Source: Eledone cirrhosa (lineage: Eukaryota). Taken from it: 64,000 nt of DNA. This document shows, one piece after another, positions 59,069 to 64,000 of this stretch (position 1 is the stretch's first letter; each line of letters opens with the position of its first letter). Where the stretch lies: assembly GCA_964016885.1 (NCBI GenBank), contig OZ024740.1, positions 26,412,001 through 26,476,000 on the forward strand. Reading direction: 5' to 3'. The notes below the pieces were generated by a model, which did no database searches, had not been told where the DNA came from, and saw only the letters and a program-made list of their open reading frames with translations. A program made the translations under genes and the position numbers.

Positions 59069-59073
<5 letters not shown>
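57354..59073. mobile_element. ORF-less ~661-bp-unit HHR module: partial tandem (57354-58231) plus long inverted partial tandem (58232-59073); diverged relative of 56004-56955
   Basis: HHR TATATCTC-CTGATGA-T-TCCG...CGGA-T-GAAA-CCATGG-TA-GGGATATA at 58701-58784(+) and 57737-57820(-). Both ends abut (TA)n. Confidence 0.88.
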
Positions 59074-59117
<44 letters not shown>

Positions 59118-59189
59118 TAAAAGATTAAAGTTTAAGTACAAAATCGCTGCTTTCACCCATAATAGGATCTTCTGAAACTAAAAACAATT

Positions 59190-59248
<59 letters not shown>

Positions 59249-59252
<4 letters not shown>

Positions 59253-60032
59253 TCATCATATCTTGTCGCGCCAGTGCCATATCCATTGAAGTGCAGCGTC
59301 GTTTGCTGCCATCAGGTCTTGGTCGGAGCATGTGGGTCCCAGTGAGCACCCACGGAGGATGTGGGCTATGGTCTGGGAGGTCTCGCCGCAGGGGCACTCA
59401 GCGCAGGTGGCCAATCCCCACTTGTGGAGGTTGTCTCAAGTTTTGACGGTTTTGGCTCAGGCCCTGTTTAGGGTTACCCACTCCTTTCTGCTAAGAGAAG
59501 TTCCATTGGGGAGGCTTTCATTTGGGCTTGCTAAGGCCGCGTGTGGTGGGTGGCGGTCACTCTCCCTCCACTTTTCCAGCCTGTAAGCCGCCGATTGTGC
59601 ATGCTCCAGGCTATCCACGGTTAAGAAGCTTTTTCGAGATTGTAATCGTCTTATTATTTCCTGGTGGCCATAGAGTGGATGCCTGGGATCGTGTTATTGT
59701 TGTACCGTTAAGTTTTTGCGTTGACCTGTCGTCGTATGTGGGGCGGTGGAATGCCGACGAGAGTGTATACGGCTGGAAGGGGAGTTTCTTTTAATGATCA
59801 TCCAGCATGATTTGTTCAGCTCTGGGTCAACTCTGTTTGCATGGCACGACCTTGCTCATACTGGTGAACAATATTCTGCGGTGGAGTTGCAGAGTGCCGG
59901 TGCTGTTTGCCTCAGTGTTATGGGATCTGCATCCCAGCTGGTGTTGGTTAGGTTGCTGAGGAGAATATTTCTAGTTGCCAGTTTACTTTTAAGTCTGTCT
60001 ATATGTTGTTTGAAGGGGAGCGTTCTATCTAG
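59249..60032 (-). mobile_element. 3' portion of a Vingi/Ingi-type (I-group) LINE
   Basis: Minus translation LDRTLPFKQHI..RNILL..WDAD..LRQTAPAL..AEYCSPV*ARSCH..VD..LN, then WVTLNR..KWG..CPCGETSQTIAHILRGC (CCHC knuckle). No RNase H seen; (TGA)n tail; in-frame stops. Confidence 0.85.
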
Positions 60033-60037
60033 AGAGA

Positions 60038-60829
60038 GAGAGAAAAAAAAGATGAAATCGAAAATGCAACTGGAAACTTATTTTTAAAAAAATATATATA
60101 TTATTTGATTCCTTTACCGGTTTCGCAGTTCTTCTGCTTTTCAAAAGTAGAGTTGAGATGGAGGGTCTGTGCTTTTTCTAACATCTGATTGGTTTTAGAA
60201 TGTTACTTGTTTAATATGGAAAAAAGTGGCTCGAAACGCCAGGTTTTTAGAGGAGTAATTTGATTGGTTGGTCAATAAGTATAATAAATTTCGCGCCAGT
60301 TCACGTTGCAAAGTTCTTCAAACAAGGGGGGGGGGGGGGCGCTCAGGTTGTTTTTTCATATATGAGTGAAGTTTGGTTGGTTGATGCAGTCACGTGAATA
60401 AGCACATCAGCTTTCGCGCCAGTTTGTTTGAATTTCATTTTACTTTAAAAAAAGGGGCTCGCGAAGGCTTTTTTTAAAAATAAATCTAATTTGATTGGTT
60501 ATAAATGAAATCATGGCTCACGTGAACAAGTTCACTAAATTTCGCGCCCGTATTTGGGAATTTATTTTGTAGCCTTTTAGAGAATTTTATGACAAACAAA
60601 AGATAATGGTCAAGAGAAATGGGCTGGGGGGGGGGGGGAATTGTTCTGGGTCAGTGAATATGGCAGATTGTTTTTCATATATGAGTGAAGTTTGGTTGGT
60701 TGATGAAGTCACGTGAATAAGCAGATCAGCTTTCGCGTCAGTTTACTTGAATTTCTTTTTACTTTAAAAAAAGTGGCTCACGAAGGCTTTTTTTAATAAA
60801 TGTAGTTTGAATGGTTATAAATGAAATTA

Positions 60830-60830
<1 letters not shown>
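60038..60830 (-). mobile_element. Longer copy of the 56966 HHR family with an adjacent repeated, motif-rich region
   Basis: 60040-60180 matches 56970-57110; HHR at 60111-60147(-). Direct repeat 60349-60510 / 60668-60828. Confidence 0.75.
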
Positions 60831-60911
<81 letters not shown>

Positions 60912-61898
60912 TAATTTTAGATGTAATACATACAATATATATACATGAATAATGTTTGTCAGTATAAATCCGCCATAGACCTCGGTCCAGAGCATCAGCC
61001 ATATAAGTTTATAGATATATGACAGGGTATATCAATTGAGAAACGACTGTATTTTGTACAATTAATATGTAAATATGTATTCATACTTCAAGATGGTATG
61101 GTGGCCTAACATTCCTTAGACAGATCTGTTTCCAGAAACCAAACAAGAAGGCACACATTCGATCATAGTAATTAGAATGAAATACTAAATACTTTGGTAA
61201 TAAGAATCCTAAGACTTTTATCTTTTTAATTGATATGGTTTGGTGTTGGCTCTACTTGTCTTGCTCGATTTGTTGTCCCTGACCGGACTTATGTCCCACC
61301 ATGCTTCCGGATCGACTCCCTCCTTCCCCCTCTCTCTTTCTCCCTATACATTTGTTTGTTTTCGGCCTGGTCGCACGTGCGTCGTAAATCTCTTTTGGAT
61401 TAACTCCCTTTCCCTTTTACTCAACTCCTCTGTCCTCTACTCCCCTCCCTTCCGGTTTCTCCATCTTTATCTCTCTCTACACTCACTTTACTGAGAATCG
61501 CCACGGAAAACCTAGCTCCTCTGTTATTATGGCCACCGGGCTTATACCCATCGGCTTGGTATAAGTTGATCTATTTTCTCTTCGGTTACTAACGTTCATG
61601 TGTAATTGTCCCGTGTTCCCCCTTCTATCGGGATGTTTACTTCGTTTTTTTTTCCATTTTCCATTTTTCTTCTTCTTTCTTCCTCTCTCTTTACTATCAC
61701 TACTTTCCCTCGTGGCCTTTTGATGGATAAAGGGCCATGGGCGCGCTATGGATCGATGTTCTGTTTTAAGCGCCGAAACATCCAAGATCCATAGTAAACA
61801 GCTGACGAAGTAAAACTGTTCGTGTCTTGTTTGAGTCCCAATTACCTTCTAACACTTCGTTTTCATAACCAAACAGCGCCGCCTCCTAACTTGTATTT

Positions 61899-61958
<60 letters not shown>

Positions 61959-62122
61959 ATATTACACAAATAGAAGTGTGTTACACAGTGAAAGGCGTGT
62001 AAAGGCTTATTACAAGTGATTTTTACCGTTACTGTATAGAAAACAATATCTACAGGTTTAGCAATTAAGTAGAAAAAAACCTAAGTCAGAATCAAATAAC
62101 TGAAGTAGGGTTTTAAATTACT

Positions 62123-62232
62123 AACCTTATAACTATCCACATTGCTGACTGATGAACCTGTGGCTGTTAAACTGCACATTTCTGTGGCGAAACGAACTTA
62201 ATTCGTATCAGCAAACTTATAGTTATAAGGTT
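62123..62232 (+). ncRNA. Extended type I hammerhead ribozyme
   Basis: Stem I TTGCTGA/TCAGCAA extended by AACCTTATAACTA/TAGTTATAAGGTT, core CTGATGA, GAAA, stem III ACGAA/TTCGT, GTA cleavage triplet. Confidence 0.88.
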
Positions 62233-62265
62233 CTGTTTACCTTTTACATACATACGTAGAATCGT

Positions 62266-62360
62266 GACGTATCTGAGGACCTTGCGATTGCAGAGTCAGA
62301 TTCGATCATTACCTCGATCCTGCCTCGAGCTGGTCGCCAGAGAAACGATTGTAATATGTC
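62266..62360 (+). ncRNA. Second, minimal-stem-III type I HHR followed by AATAAA
   Basis: GACGTAT-CTGAGGA-C-CTTGCGATT..GGTCGCCAG-A-GAAA-CGATTG-TA-ATATGTC. Confidence 0.78.
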
Positions 62361-62493
62361 TAATAAATCTTATTCGTCGCACCACTGATTCTCCGTGTCT
62401 TATGTCATATCATACACTGCTCTGTAAGAGTGCTCAAACGGCCTACCGCTTACGGACGCTTTAGGCATCCCACACCAATTATATATATATATA

Positions 62494-62736
62494 TCACCTT
62501 GACCGACCAGTCTGTCGGGCGTCAATCGGCGCCGCTGGTCACATGTCGTGCTGTTTTAGCTATAAGATAACCCCATCGCACTGGCTGGACGGGCAGACTG
62601 TTACTCATTTCTACAGCTGAGTAAACTGGAGCAACGTAAAATAAAGTGTCTTTCTCAAGAAAACAACACATCCCCCGGTCCGAGAGTCGAACCCAGATCT
62701 TTGGTTATCCAGACCACTGTGCTACCATTACACCAA
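62494..62736 (-). mobile_element. tRNA-derived SINE, second family
   Basis: A box TGGTGTAATGG, B box GGTTCGACTC, followed by TTGAGAAAGACACTTTA..CAGTTTACTCAGCTGTA core. Confidence 0.8.
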
Positions 62737-62841
62737 CACATCACCCATCTCCTTCCATTCAAATTAGAAGCTACATTCTTAGCGAGTATAAATGACAAGT
62801 AAGTATGTTTTGAAACAGTGAGCAGATTTGAAATTAGAGAA

Positions 62842-63024
62842 TAGAATAGCTTTCACCGTATTTTTGACTAAAGAAATTTTAGCCTGATAATGGAGTTTAG
62901 AACCCTCAGATAAATGGAAAAATATGTACGTCAATACTCATCTTTTTCCATTTATCTGAGAGTTCTAAATCCCATTATCAGACTAAAATTTCTTTAGTCA
63001 AAAATACGGTGAAAGCTATTCTAT
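62842..63024. repeat. ~80-bp-arm fold-back palindrome
   Basis: TAGAATAGCTTTCACCGTATTTTTGACTAAAG.. and its reverse complement around a ~20-nt loop. Confidence 0.92.
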
Positions 63025-63114
63025 ATATATAGTCTATCAAAGTTCTTTCGTTACACATGTGCAACATCATCAGTGGTACTATTATGTTTCCTCCTGTTGT
63101 ATTGTATGTCTACT

Positions 63115-63196
<82 letters not shown>

Positions 63197-63232
63197 CGAA
63201 GTAACTGTTACAGCATATGTACAAACTATATG

Positions 63233-63396
63233 TGCGTATTACAATTGTTTCGATATCGATCATCTTCGGTTACAATCAAACATTAGATGTGGCTCTGCAC
63301 ATATATGCTCGCTACCTGACGAGCCATCGAAAAAGAGTCGGGGCGCATCACCTTAATTGTACCCAGATCGATATCGAAAAATATTGTAATATGCAA
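63233..63396. repeat. ~30-bp inverted repeats each carrying an HHR 3' half; decayed HHR on the minus strand
   Basis: Minus strand CCGAAGA-TGATCGATATC-GAAA-CAATTG-TA; plus strand GATCGATATC-GAAA-AATATTG-TA. Confidence 0.55.
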
Positions 63397-63457
63397 ATAA
63401 CGTTTGTACACATGCTGCACTACACTGACTCACTCTCTCTCTCATCCCTCTCTCGCT

Positions 63458-63523
<66 letters not shown>

Positions 63524-63655
63524 TATATACATATATATATATGTGTAGGTGTGTGTGTATGTGTGTCTGTGTGCGCGTGCGTGTGTGTGTGCGCGTATGT
63601 CTCTCTCTCTCTCTATATATATAGAGTATATATATATATATACATATATATATAT

Positions 63656-63845
63656 AATTGTTTCTACTTTAGGCACAAGGCCAGCAATTACCCAGTGCAT
63701 TACTGGTACTTTATTTTATCGACCCCGTAAGGATGAAAGGCAAAATTAACCTCGGCGGGATTTGAACTCAGTCCGTAAAGGGACGTAACTATGCTGCAAA
63801 GCATGGCGTCCGACCCTCTACCGATACTGCCAATCCACCGCCCTT
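63656..63845 (-). mobile_element. Full-length SINE family A
   Basis: Complete head (A/B boxes), core and tail; embedded in TA-rich sequence. Confidence 0.95.
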
Positions 63846-64000
63846 ACATACATATATATATATAATGCTTAGAAAGTGTATAATCAAGCTCCTTATTCTA
63901 TACGCCCACAGTTATATTCTGTGTTTGAGATTTCTACATATTCTAAGAATTTCAATATATTCAACGCTTCAATAACTCATTTTCGAAATATCTTAATGAT

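Noticed and set aside
61100-61830. Partial HHR-like pieces (GAAA-CAGATCTG-TC on minus; AACAG-CTGACGA..CTGTT on plus) and hairpins
   Set aside because: Half of the catalytic core is missing in each; possibly decayed, but not supportable.

Overview
AT-rich eukaryotic DNA, probably an octopod cephalopod; this is inferred from the SINE family and the dense (TA)n/(CA)n/(CT)n tracts. Bases 1-37550 are one uninterrupted 57-bp tandem array. It holds 659 units by length arithmetic, with 15 single-base deletions and multi-kb higher-order duplications. The array generates nearly all long ORFs in the track, and its consensus unit carries a perfect PBX-MEIS/PREP decamer plus a posterior-Hox/Cdx-type site. 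Bases 37551-64000 contain no recognisable host protein gene. They are a mosaic of tRNA-derived SINEs, Helitrons, a Tigger/pogo remnant, a Vingi/Ingi-type LINE 3' end and a GIY-YIG Penelope-like element (PLE). The least expected signal is about 18 type I hammerhead ribozyme (HHR) motifs from roughly ten different sequence contexts in about 23 kb. Most sit in ORF-less partial-tandem or fold-back modules whose 3' ends point outward, often into (TA)n. Three families show the U3-A8 compensatory core. All structures were read by eye and have not been folded, aligned or searched computationally.
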